From positions 5,890,001 to 5,954,000 of the forward strand of contig NEEC01000002.1 in assembly GCA_002189035.1 (NCBI GenBank): a stretch of 64,000 nucleotides of DNA, written 5' to 3'. Below are positions 35,833-47,507 of this stretch, piece after piece. Under the pieces are notes generated by a model. That model saw nothing but the letters and a program-made list of their open reading frames with translations, was not told the DNA's origin and searched no databases. Position 1 is the stretch's first letter. Each line of letters begins with the position of its first letter. Made by a program: the position numbers and the translations under genes. The stretch comes from Utricularia gibba. Taxonomy: Eukaryota > Plantae > Magnoliophyta.

Positions 35833-37288
35833 ACTTGAGACGACTCAGACGCCAAGCTCTGATCTTTTTACAAGGATTTCTATGCCAAGTTACCATGCCA
35901 TATAAAATAAACAATAGGAGAAAAAAAATGCAACTCCGGTCAGAAGAAGGGAAGCACGTGGGACTTACTCTTTTTCTAGGTTCTACTTGAAGATCTTGTG
36001 TGTTTAGGGAGAGTGCATAAAATGAAATAGACAAACATCAAATTGTGGAAAGAATTAGTTGGACACAAATTTAGGGCAAAAAATTCCTATTAGATAGGTG
36101 TGTTATTTGACTTTTCGTTAATTTATTATACGTCACGGTATTTTTTTTAACCATTATACTACCTTACATATATCGAACACATTATACCGTAATATAAATT
36201 AAATATTTCAAGAATTTCTCGAAATCAACCCTCCCACATCAAAATTTTCAATTATTACAAAAATTTCATAGGCTAAAAATTATCTTATTTAATAAAAAAA
36301 ATTGACATTAACTCAAAATAAAGTTTATTAATCCCATTTTCTAATTACTCATCTTGAGTCTAGACTCGAAGTAGTACGGAGCAATGGCTCACCAAGTCTA
36401 ACACGACTCTCTTAGCCAAAACACTACTCCCTCCAAATCACTAAATTTGTGATTAGATGTCATTTTTTAATACTTTAATTTAATTTTTAAATAAATATAA
36501 AATATTTATTGAATTTTTCTAGATATTTTGATTAAGTTTTACTCATGTCACTCTTTATTTTTTTTGTAGGAAATAAATTTAAAAAATCCAATGGTTAATG
36601 GCAACATAAATATATAATAAAGTTTTTTTTTCATTAAGGGGGAAAAAAAAAAGTTAAGAGGAAGCTTCCTTGGTGCATTCCCAACGGTCAACTGGGTTCA
36701 ACTGTAAAGTGTTGGGTTTTCTTTGAATAGTTTATGATTTTGTAATAAAAATTAGTTTTGTTATTAAATACGAATGATTTTTATTTTAAAATATTTATGA
36801 TTTTTACGAAGTTAAAATACTATAATTATTAATTTTTCAAAATCAATTCTAGACAAGGTATACCCAACACGTTCATCCTTGTCTTTTGATTTTGGTTTGA
36901 CTTGGTGGAAAAAGTTTGCATTTAATATGGAAGATTAATGTCGGACGTGCAAGTGTTAATCCACAATTAGGGCTGTCAAAAATCATTTATCTAGAATTAA
37001 TTATAATAAAACAAAAAAATGATTTTTACAAGTTCTTTAAATAATAAACCTTTCTAGATTTATTGACTAGAATTTAATTGTATTCGAAATAAATGTTAAA
37101 AATAATTTAACCCCATGATTAAAAACTAGTCGAATTTATAATAACAAGCCATATTCAAAAAAATTTCCAGATGGGTAATTTGTATTATTAACTTCATTTA
37201 AATGTGCGTTTAAATAAGTGTTTTGATAAATAATTTAATAATACGTACGTCTTAACCTTGAGATTTAGATTTAGGATTTTAAATTTAA

Positions 37289-37523
37289 GGAGTGTTTTGG
37301 AAAATTTTTAAAATCTATTCCTACTTTTTCAGAAGTAAAAATAATTTTGTTCTAGAACATTTTTAATTGTAAAAGTAATTCTATCAAAAACAATTTTGAA
37401 ATTATAACTACAAAAATTATTTTTGAAAAAGTAAAGATTTGATTACTTTTACTTTTTATTTCTACTTTTCAAAATTATTTTCGAAAAGTAAAAACAGGTT
37501 TCAAAAATTTTCCAAAACACTGC
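37289..37523 (+). mobile_element. Tourist/PIF-Harbinger-like MITE, family A, best-preserved copy (about 235 bp)
   Basis: Perfect 19-bp TIR: AGTGTTTTGGAAAATTTTT (37291-37309) and AAAAATTTTCCAAAACACT (37503-37521). TAA on the left flank, AT-rich non-coding interior, related copies at about 13.8 kb and 29.1 kb. Confidence 0.75.
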
Positions 37524-38507
37524 TTTAGACTTTTCTAGAACTCATTACCATCACATTTTAGTCATCAAGAATAGGAATATGCAAAAGAAAAGGGGGGAAT
37601 TAGGGAAGGGTGTTGATAATCAAGGAAATAAACTTCTTGTGGCATGTCAATCTATTGAAGCAAAAGCCAAGCATAAAACTAAAAGCTTCAGGTCTACCTA
37701 ATCTTAGGGTAGGTGGACCTCCATACAACTTAGAATGGGAGATGACTTTTGTGTGGAGATTCAATTGAAACCAAAAATTTTTTTTTGACTTATTTTAATC
37801 AATAATTTCAAGCTTTTAGTCATCTTTAAAAGATGTTTTATTTAAAGTGAATGTTTGATAATAAATTTTATTTTAGATCATTTTAAACTTCCTATGTGTG
37901 CTTATGAAAAACTGAAGGTAGTGTTTGGTATATTGGATAATTTTAGTTTGGTATTGGTATGAACCCTTTTTTATACAATAAGTTGAATTGGATTTGTTAT
38001 TCTGAAATTATAGTTATCATAAAATATAAAATATAAAAATAATTATGTAAATTTAAGATTTTTAATTTACATAGTTTTTAAATTTTTTATACAAATTATT
38101 GAATTGAATCCAAAAAATTATGGATTCTGATTGAATCTGAGTTAAACCCACCATTTGAAAACACTAATTTAATCCACTTTAATGTCATGTCTTTATAAGG
38201 TTATTTCATTCAAATTCATGATTAAGAGTTTATTTGATTGCATTTCTTAACAAAATATTTTTTTAAGAAATGTTTCGAATAAGATATTTATTTTATAATA
38301 TTCATTATTCGTATTTGATAACAAAACTGTTTTTATAATATTCTTTTTCGAGAAATCAAATTTACCGGACCATGTGTCCTATATAGCTAAGTCAGTTACT
38401 ATTCAATAATTTCCCATTAAACTAAAAAAATTCAATTCTTTTTTTTTTAAATGTTTGAGATGGATTGTAATAGGGCGAAGTATACAAAGGAAATGCACTT
38501 TCTATCC

Positions 38508-40177
38508 TTAAAGAAGCCTCTTGTGTCTAAACCACAACATGAAGAGGCCGAAGGCCAACACCAAAACTATAGTCGTCACTATGCATATCAAGAACAGGTT
38601 CCTGTCTCCATGAGCATCGTCCTCGAAAACTCCGATCCCGATATTGATCGCCATGGTCGCCGAGATTGTAAGGAACACGCCTAACAGAAGCGCCGCGGTG
38701 ACCAAAATGATCTTCAGGCGCAGCATTTGGTTTTGCATGTCGTCGAGCATTAGGTTGATGTAGTCCTCTGTGTAGTCCACCGCCTCCCTCAGCTTCAAAG
38801 AGAAAGTTGCTAAATGGAATCACAGAAGCCGAAATGAGGAGAGGAAGAGTCGCGTACAGTGGATAGTTTGTCGAGAGTTCCGCCAATTTGGACAAAGTAG
38901 GGTTCTAGTAGCCTTTCAACCTCCGCTACATTCAGGTACTTATTTAGGACACTGCTGTGGATTGAAGAAGATCCTGAACTTTGTTCTGGATTTTCGTCGA
39001 GATCGGTGCTTGCAGCATTGGAGTCCCTGTAATTTCAGAAGCTCGATAGTGTGGCAACAATGGCGGATGGAATGTGGGATACCCCACTTTTTTCTAGGGA
39101 ACATGATGGAATCAGACGTACCGGTCTTCGATCGTGTTTCCCTCATTGGCGGCAGAAGATGAATGCAGTGTATTCTGGGAATGATCTTGGGATTTTCGTG
39201 TTAGGTACATCTCGGCCATGTCCTGATCATCATCAAGCAAATTCTCCACCTCGCTCCTGACCTACACCATTGGTGTTCCTGGTGTTAGACAGCATTGCCT
39301 GAAAGTAAGGGCAGAAAGAAGCAACCTTTTGAACACGTCTTGTGATCGAAATTATACGGCTTTTGATCTGTCGAACGAGTTCCAGGTTGAGGGTGCTGAC
39401 TTCTGAAGCTAGCTTATCCAGAGCAGGAAGAGCTTCCAACTCCAATGTCCTCGCCTGAATCAGTGAAAAAAGATTAGAACAGAAAGAAAAACATGAGTTT
39501 TGATTAATTGTAAGCTCAAGAACATTTGTACTTCTGTCTCCAGGCATCCACAAGCAGCTTCAAGACATGCCTCCAATGCTACGAACTCGAAAGGTAGTGG
39601 CTGCGGCCCATCTCCATTTTCCTTCACTTCCTGCAGCTCCGTTCTTACAGAAGTGTTGGAGTTAGATGCACCATCTCCACCTTCCTAAATAACACCAACA
39701 GTTTAATAGTGAAAAGCATTCTAAAGAAGCAGACAATCAGAATAGGTTGGAGGACTGTGTCGAAATCCAAAACATGATTTCAGTTAAAATTTATTAGAAG
39801 TGAACCTGTGGGTTGTAACGGTGCGCAATTCTTGTTCGAATTTGATCTACAAAAGGCACGACTACAGGTTCCAAGGAATCAAGCAACAGAGTTTCCTGCG
39901 CCATGATTATGGCCTTAACATGCTCCAGCCTGACCACAATGGCGCGTTCACGGCCGATGATGGTCGAGGTGCACGACAACGAAGGGTCTAGAATTCTGAG
40001 GTCCCGCCCCTGCAGCCCCGTCCGCCGCATGATCGCATGTTTTCCGGCGTCGAGCTGCTGCACTCTCCCCGCTGCGTCCACCACCACCCACGACTTCACC
40101 TCCACGGCCTTCTTCATCAGCCCACCTCCTCCGTCGACGCTGGGACTCTCTGGAACATCGTCAGGCCCTCCACTCAT
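38508..40177 (-). CDS. MRS2: Magnesium transporter MRS2/MGT copy 2, divergent; GMN motif replaced by AIN
   Basis: Six exons splice in frame: KSWVVVD..GKHAIMRRTGLQGRDLRILDP, LPFEFVALEACLE, LELEALPALDKL, LLDDDQDMAEMYLT, VAEVERLLEPYF, DYTEDYINLMLDDMQNQML, SATMAINIGIG. Confidence 0.88.
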
Positions 40178-41964
40178 ATCTACTTCTCTAAAGATTGCAG
40201 AATATCACAGCTCTTGCTGCTGATTAATCTTCGGGGTTCACATTCTTCATCCTATTTCATACTAATTCCTCTTCCAGTCCATTGAGGCTCCAGTAGGGTC
40301 TCACCGGAAACACCTCATCTGGGTTTCTCTGCGTCTATATCCCCCGCCGCCCTTCCCTAAAAATACCAGAAACACAAAGGTCAAACCTGCGTAACCATAT
40401 TTTACAGAGTATGACGTGTGCCCTAACAGAAGTAGGTAAGATAGGGTGACACGCGTCAGCAGCATGAGCGTTCAAGTGAATCATCCGCCATTTCCTAAAT
40501 TTTTATTATTAATAAATACTAGTTGAATAAAATAAGTATTTTAAATAAATAAAAAGAGTGATTACATGTAAAATATGATTTTTTATTGCGTTAGAAAATG
40601 AAATTTTCGTGGAAAAATAACTAAATATCATGAATATTTCATTTCTAAAGAAGGTGAGATTTAAAATATAATGGTGGCTTCAAGATAAAATCATTTTATT
40701 TTCTATATTATATTTTATTTTTATTTCTTCAATTTCTATCTACTACACTTCCATCTATATGACTTATTAAATGGTTAATTGATTATTATAAATTTTATTT
40801 GAGCTAAAAATTTGAAACTTATAAATTATCTATTTGAACTGTGTTCATGAAATAAATAAATGTATTTTTATATGATTATAAAATATGTTATTATATTGAC
40901 ATCGTTTTCTCAATATTTCTAAATTTTGAATCAATTATTATTGATGTTCATTATTTTGTTTTTTATGTTTTATGATTCTGAGGAGAAAATGTATTGTTAT
41001 ATAGATATTGCTACCATATGTCGTATGAGCACGTGTGAAACTTAAATATACAATAAACATGTATTATATTAAAAAATTCAAGTAATTAATATTAATTTAT
41101 CTTATCTGATACATTTAATTATTTCAATTTTATTTTTTGATTTAGGATTGTTTGTTCTAGAAAATTTATCATCTTGTGATATTTGAACAAAAAAATAAGA
41201 AATGATTATTTTTAATATTAATTATTTGACTTAATCAAATTAGATGTCAACAGCTATCCTATCGCTAAAGCGATAAGATGACCTTTTTTTTTTTATGGAT
41301 CGGTTGTGCTGTGACTGCTCTTCACTCATTTTTCAACCCTAGGCGCTCACGCACGCCACGCAAGAACGCACGCTTCCTCCTTTTCACTACTGGGCTTGGG
41401 CTTACTTTTCGAGTACATGAATTGGGCGGAAAATAATATGGGCCGCCCATTTCAATCGGGCTGTGGAATCATCGGCTACCGACATCGTCTCATGCTTATT
41501 TTCATATTGTGCTTTTTTTATAATATTAATATTCTTTTCCTTTTTGAGCAAAATGGCTTTAACTATTTTATTCAACCTAATTCATTTATTACAGTATTTT
41601 TTCTAAAATTAGAAATATTTAGACATGATTTAGTGAATTATTTTTGAAATAATAATAATCATACTTGGAAAGGGCATATATATTTTCAAATATATTATTT
41701 TATAATAGAATGTAAATGAAATGAATAATTCTTTTTTTTTTCGCGTCACGTTGAATTCAATTCTGGCCGACGCCGCGCCGGTGGCTGATGCCAGCTCTGA
41801 TGAACCATGTCCCACACCCTCTCTTTAATAATAATAATAATAAACAAATAAAAATGTATTAAATAAGCGAATTTATTAAAAAATAACAGTGAATTTTATG
41901 GTAGAAATTTGGTATAATGTATTTGTACAATTTTTTTGGAGAGAAGAGACATGGAAGGAAGGTA

Positions 41965-43203
41965 TCATGAAGGGTAGTACAAAGAAAGGAGGTTCTGAGG
42001 GAGGCACGGCGCCGGAGAATTCCTCCAGGCATTCACCGCGATCTTCAATATTTCACATGATCTCAGTCGTGTCTTGGACGCCGGATCCGCTTCCAGAACC
42101 AGACCCAGTTTAACGGCGAGTCCGAGCTGAAGCATCTCGTTAAATATTTCCCTCGTCGGAGAAAACTTGGCGACGGAGTGAAGAATCTTTATCGCCCTCT
42201 CCGTCCCGTGTCTGGATACTCTTAGGATCTTCTTCACCACGACCGCTAAGCCGCAGGCGTGGCGCAGCAATTCGGCTCTTCCTTCGGGACACTGGCAGAG
42301 CAAATCCAGTAAGGTTAAGATCATTTCCGAGGCATGCTTGTCTTGGGATTCGAGGAGGAGTTCGATCAGTAATGGGACGGTTCCTGCTTCCACGGCGTTG
42401 ATCCTGTTTCTTCGCAGTGAGGAGGCGATGATCAATGCTTGCATTGCTGATTTTGAGGCCTTTCTCGACATCTGGTCCTTCAGGATGCGGGCTGTCTCGA
42501 CGAAGAAGTCGGGTCTTAGCCCGGTTAAGAGGGGATGCTCTGCTCCTGTTGCGTGTTCCAGAATTTGATTCAGAAGGGAAATGGACTGGGCTCTTGATTC
42601 GAAGCTTCCGTCTTTCATGTGGGTAGTTACGGAAGCTACGAACGCGGATTTGGCCAGAGAAGATACAGCGGTTTCGGATAGTTGCAGGGAGAAGAGGATG
42701 GTGAGAGCGTCGTCAATGGCTTCCTTCGAATGGGGTTCTTGGGCCTCCTTCGAGATCACAGAACCTAAAAACTCGACAGCACCGGGGGCGGATTCGATTT
42801 CCTTTCTGTTGGAATGGCTGTAGGAAGCGATTGCCTTCATTTTCCTCAAGCCTTCCATTCGCTTTTCGGGGGACTTCGCTTCTCTGAGAGTTCTGTAAAT
42901 CTCCGATCTTGTAACCGGAGCTTTCGGCGTCGGGAGACGTTGAAGGGAGTTCGCCGCACACCATGATTGGATCAGCCGCCGGAGAATGATGTTGGGGGTC
43001 AAATCAGTGTTCACAATCGTCTGCTTCGTGACCGGACAGGTGGCGGTCTCGCTGGCACTGCGTCCGCCGGCGAAGAGCCATGTCTCTATGCTGTCGCGGT
43101 CGTAGGTGATTCCGGTGGGGAGCGTCACCGGATCCTTCATGATATCAAGCGAAATTGGGCAGAGGAAGTAGTGGGGAACGTCTATCTGGATCTCCGCTGC
43201 CAT
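41965..43203 (-). CDS. U-box/ARM E3 ubiquitin ligase, PUB22/23/24-like, intronless (412 aa)
   Basis: U-box VPHYFLCPISLDIMKDPVTLPTGITYDRDSIETW..CPVTKQ..LTPNIILRRLIQSWC, followed by ARM-like helices (AVEAGTVPLLIELL, LLDLLCQCPEGRAELLRH..KILRVS). Start is ATG 43203. Confidence 0.93.
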   Translation of the reverse strand: MAAEIQIDVPHYFLCPISLDIMKDPVTLPTGITYDRDSIETWLFAGGRSASETATCPVTKQTIVNTDLTPNIILRRLIQSWCAANSLQRLPTPKAPVTRSEIYRTLREAKSPEKRMEGLRKMKAIASYSHSNRKEIESAPGAVEFLGSVISKEAQEPHSKEAIDDALTILFSLQLSETAVSSLAKSAFVASVTTHMKDGSFESRAQSISLLNQILEHATGAEHPLLTGLRPDFFVETARILKDQMSRKASKSAMQALIIASSLRRNRINAVEAGTVPLLIELLLESQDKHASEMILTLLDLLCQCPEGRAELLRHACGLAVVVKKILRVSRHGTERAIKILHSVAKFSPTREIFNEMLQLGLAVKLGLVLEADPASKTRLRSCEILKIAVNAWRNSPAPCLPQNLLSLYYPS

Positions 43204-45400
43204 TGGAGATACTCTTTCTTGCCGAATTGATGGATTCTGAGCAGAAATCTTGGGTTGGTACTTGGTAGGTCGTCGGATTCCGGTGAAGAATGAGAGATGG
43301 TGGATTATATAGAAGGGCAGGGAGAGTTGAAAAATCATGGTCGCTGGTTTGAAAGTCAACACACGTAATACACGTGTATGTATTGCTGTGAGTGGGTAAG
43401 AGAGATAGAAAGAGAGAGAGCATTTGACTTTCTTTTGATTGGTTGAAATTGCCACAAATTTGAATTTTCAAAAACATTATTTTAAAAACAGTAAATGGAC
43501 ACACGCATCCCACATCCAATCTCATTATTTGCCAAAACTTGTACAATTTGTCTTCAATATTTAATTAAATGGTATGATTCGTCTGGTATATTTACCTTTT
43601 AAATTGTGACGTACCATACATATTTAATTATCAATATTTTTACTTCAATCCTTTTTTTATATTTTTAATTATTAAATATTAATTATAATCGATACAAATA
43701 TTTAAAAAAATATATATATTTGATCTGTATACTTCAATCGCCGCCACCCGCCAATCGCCTATTATTAATAGTAAAATTAAATTGAAAAAAAGTTGAAATT
43801 TTAAATTGGAGATCGATTTTATCATTTTTGTAATTAGCGAATAATATTTCTACAAATGTTGAGACAATGTACATGAATTATAAATAATTTCGATAATCAA
43901 TCATACTATTTAGGTAAATAGTGGAAATTATTATCCCAAATTTCCCTTATAGAAATATTTTTTTATTTACACTTTTCTTAAAAATTATTAATTTATTGTA
44001 TTTAATAATAAAATTATTTAGAAAACCTACTTTTTCAACTTGTAGGATTTTATGGGGTCAGAGGTCCAGGTCTCTACTTCCCATTTTCTGAAGTAATCCA
44101 ACCGGTATTCTAACAGGGAGTCCCGTTGACGCCTTTAAAAAATTCATGTTTAGGAACTCCATATTGGAAGAAGCAGTCAAGCTCTATCATGGAATCTACC
44201 TTGGGATTCCAGACACGTGTCCAGCTCATGGTACGGGTCCCACAACGCATCAGGAGGGTATTCTTGTCTTTTAGAGTATCATTTAGAAAAATATAACTCT
44301 ATTTTAATTTTTCTTGATTCAATACAGAACACATCTGCAGGTACGAACGCGGTTCATTAAAGGAGCCCATTAAGAGCGGCCCAAATGAACCCGGCCCACT
44401 AGTTCTCTCAAAAAACAATTTTGATTCTTGATCACTATGGAATCTGAATACTTCCGCTTTTGCAACTTTCCCCCAAGAATATCACTCAATTTTCGCATTC
44501 TTTTTTTGTAATAAATAAATAAATTAATGCATTATCCTCCCTATCCTAATTTTTTATTTCAATTTACATATAATTGGAAGAATATAATATTTTTTTATTT
44601 TATAAAAATTTCCCTTCTTCCAAAATAAGGCTGACGTCCAAAGTTAGTGGTCTTGGGCATCACTTCCATGACTTTAATTGCATGGTGGGGATATGCGAAT
44701 CAACCTTTTTCATCATCTCCTTTACCAATTTTACACCATGTAAATTAAAAAAAATGGATAGTTTAAAATTTTACGTGATTGTTTTTTTAGTTGAGTTTTC
44801 GAGATTAAAATAAAGATTACAAATTATGTTACGTTTCTTGGGATTGAGAATTGATTCTAATAAAATAGAATGGTGGAATATTTGAGTTTGGAGTTAGAAA
44901 AAGGCTTTATTCTATAGAATATTCAACTCTTCTTTTCTAAAGTTAATTTCATTGCCCTTATGTAATTTGATATAAAAAAGAAATTACGATCTATGATTGA
45001 CTTACACGATATTATTTGTTTCACATATCTAATTCTTACAATTTTACGTTATTTTGTTTTTAAAAATAGATTTTGTATAAGATTAAAATGATTTCCATAT
45101 TAAGTATGTACTCTCTCATATTTGTAACAAATTCAGGATATCGTAATAATACTCATGATCTAAAAAATAATGTATATATTGATGGATATTTGAGACTGAT
45201 TGTATTGCACGTGTTCGATTTTGTACATCTCATAATGCAAACTTTTCTAAGTATAAAGTAAAAGGGAATAAAATTGAAATGAAAAATGGAGAAGAAAACA
45301 AGGTGATGACTATACACTCTTCTCCGTCGTCTATATAAGCGTGGAATAGGGATCTCATCGCCGGAGTCTAAGTAAGCGACGTCGCCCTCAACGCGCCACC

Positions 45401-46033
45401 ATGTCGGAAAAGCCCTGCGATGCGCATGGTGATGATGAACGGCGTCTGCTCCTGCGCCGGGGCTCGGCAGCCACACTCATCCTCATCCTCATCATACTCT
45501 TCATTATTCTGATCACATGGTCCATTCTCCAGCCTACAAAGCCGCGGTTCACTCTCCAGGACGCCACCATCTTTACTCTCAACGTCTCCGCTCCGAACGT
45601 GATCTCCGTCGTCATCCAAATCACCGTCACCGCCCGAAACCCCAACTCTCGGATCGGCGTCTACTACGACAAGCTGGACGTGTTCGCGACCTACAGAAAC
45701 CAGCAGATCACCTACTACACCGCGATCCCGCCGGTTTACCAGGGGAACAGAGACTTTAACGTCTGGTCACCGTTTATCTACGGGAACGACGTCCCGGTGG
45801 CGCCGTACAACGGTATCGCGTTGACTGAGGACAAGGCCGCCGGCGCGGTGGTGCTGGCTATCAATATCAACGGGCGGGTACGGTGGAGAGTGGGCGACTT
45901 CATCTCCGGCAGGTACCATCTCCACGTGGTGTGCTCCGCTTATATTCCTCTTGGAAACAGCAAGAACACGGGGATCGTGGTGGGCTCCGGCATCAAGTAT
46001 CAGCTCTCTCAGGCGTGTAGCGTTAATGTCTGA
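45401..46033 (+). CDS. NDR1/HIN1-like (NHL, LEA_2 domain) membrane protein, intronless
   Basis: N-terminal TM helix followed by LQPTKPRFTLQDA, RNPNSRIGVYYDKL, YRNQQIT, YQG..VWSP, GRVRWRVG..SGRYHLHVVC. TATA CTATATAAG at about 45331. Confidence 0.93.
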   Translation: MSEKPCDAHGDDERRLLLRRGSAATLILILIILFIILITWSILQPTKPRFTLQDATIFTLNVSAPNVISVVIQITVTARNPNSRIGVYYDKLDVFATYRNQQITYYTAIPPVYQGNRDFNVWSPFIYGNDVPVAPYNGIALTEDKAAGAVVLAININGRVRWRVGDFISGRYHLHVVCSAYIPLGNSKNTGIVVGSGIKYQLSQACSVNV

Positions 46034-47507
46034 TTTGCTTTTGTGTTCCAGTTCTAGTTTCTGGGCTCCGAGAATACATTGTCGGAAAATAATACAAGTG
46101 AAGTGTCTTGTGTTTTGTATACGTCGTATTTGGTGAAGTTGTATGGAAATACCAGAGACGACAAGGAGGAAACTGTCAAAAGCTGTGCATATGAATCCAG
46201 ACAACCATGGCAAGAAAACAAAGCTCTCCAAGACCTTTTTGACCTCACTCCTTCCTAAATAAAGTTGCCCACTTAGGGTATGTTTATTTAACTTAACAAT
46301 TGGTCATGCCTGGTTCTGTTAATAGTAATTCAAATATATAATTTTAATATATATATATATATAATTTTTTATGTGAATATAAAAAGGAGAGCAATTCTTG
46401 CAATGTGTTTTGTTGAATTTTTATTGTGTATGAGAAAAAGTGAGAATAGAATTGGCATGTGTATGCAATCATGGGGCCCACTGTGTGAGACAAATCTCAA
46501 TGAGTATACTGAGTTTCCAAGAGAAATGAAGAACAAATAAGTTTATAATAACTTTAACTGAATTACACATCCCTTGAAAGATAATTTATATAAATAATCT
46601 TTTCTAATATTATATGATATTTTTTTTCAAAAGATTAAAATATGAAATTGTAAAAATTGAATATTCAAAAAGAATAATATTTTATAAAGAAATAATGGAT
46701 CATTATAACTATAACATATGACATGGTTTTCTTACAAATTTTCAATTTTTTTTCGATGGTGGATGATGACTTTATTTTAAAATTGGAGAATGAGTTCAAA
46801 TTATGTCAAAAATAATTTTTATTCTTTACATATTTAAAAATCTAATGAAATATTATTGAAATCTATTTAATTTATTATTAAAAAAATTCAATTCAAATAC
46901 AATATTTATTTGAAAATTGAGTTTTTTTTTTTAAAAAAGCTACTTTTTGTTTAATGATGTGAAGGATTTGGAAATGAGGGGGTGATCTGCTCCCGCCATT
47001 GCCCGGGAAGCTTCTTCGCCTTCACAGGAGCCACGGACGCGAAGAGGGAGACTTTTGAAATCGAACAACTGAAGGATCGGCGTTCGTTTTCATCTCCCTT
47101 TCTCTCTCTAGAAGATCGATCAACCCAGCCATCTTTTTTTCATCAAGATTTGATTGGTGGAATTGTGAAATCCGTAGGGTTTCAATTCTCGAGTTTCTCC
47201 CCTCTTCCCAGATCGACTCCTTTTCTCCCCGCCCCACATTTGTGTCTGAATCTTAATCGGAGAACCCATTTCCTGTTCTCTGCAGCCTCATGATGATAAT
47301 GACCCCACCATCGATATTCTGGTGATGATTTTCGTTTTTTTATTCATAATGGATTTTTGCTTCTTCATGATGAGATATGGGAGGGAAATTTCACATGAAT
47401 TTAGTACATTTTGTTGATGTGTGCAGGGGGAGGGATTAGGGGTATTGAAACTTCAATCTTGATGAGGATTTGCGTGTGATATCACATAGTTACATCTGAA
47501 TTCATTT

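Noticed and set aside
37917-38170. Possible additional Tourist-like element starting GGTAGTGTTTGG
   Set aside because: No convincing matching right TIR or TSD.
44060-44330. GC-richer island upstream of the PUB gene
   Set aside because: Longest open frame is about 53 codons with no recognisable domain; cannot be called.
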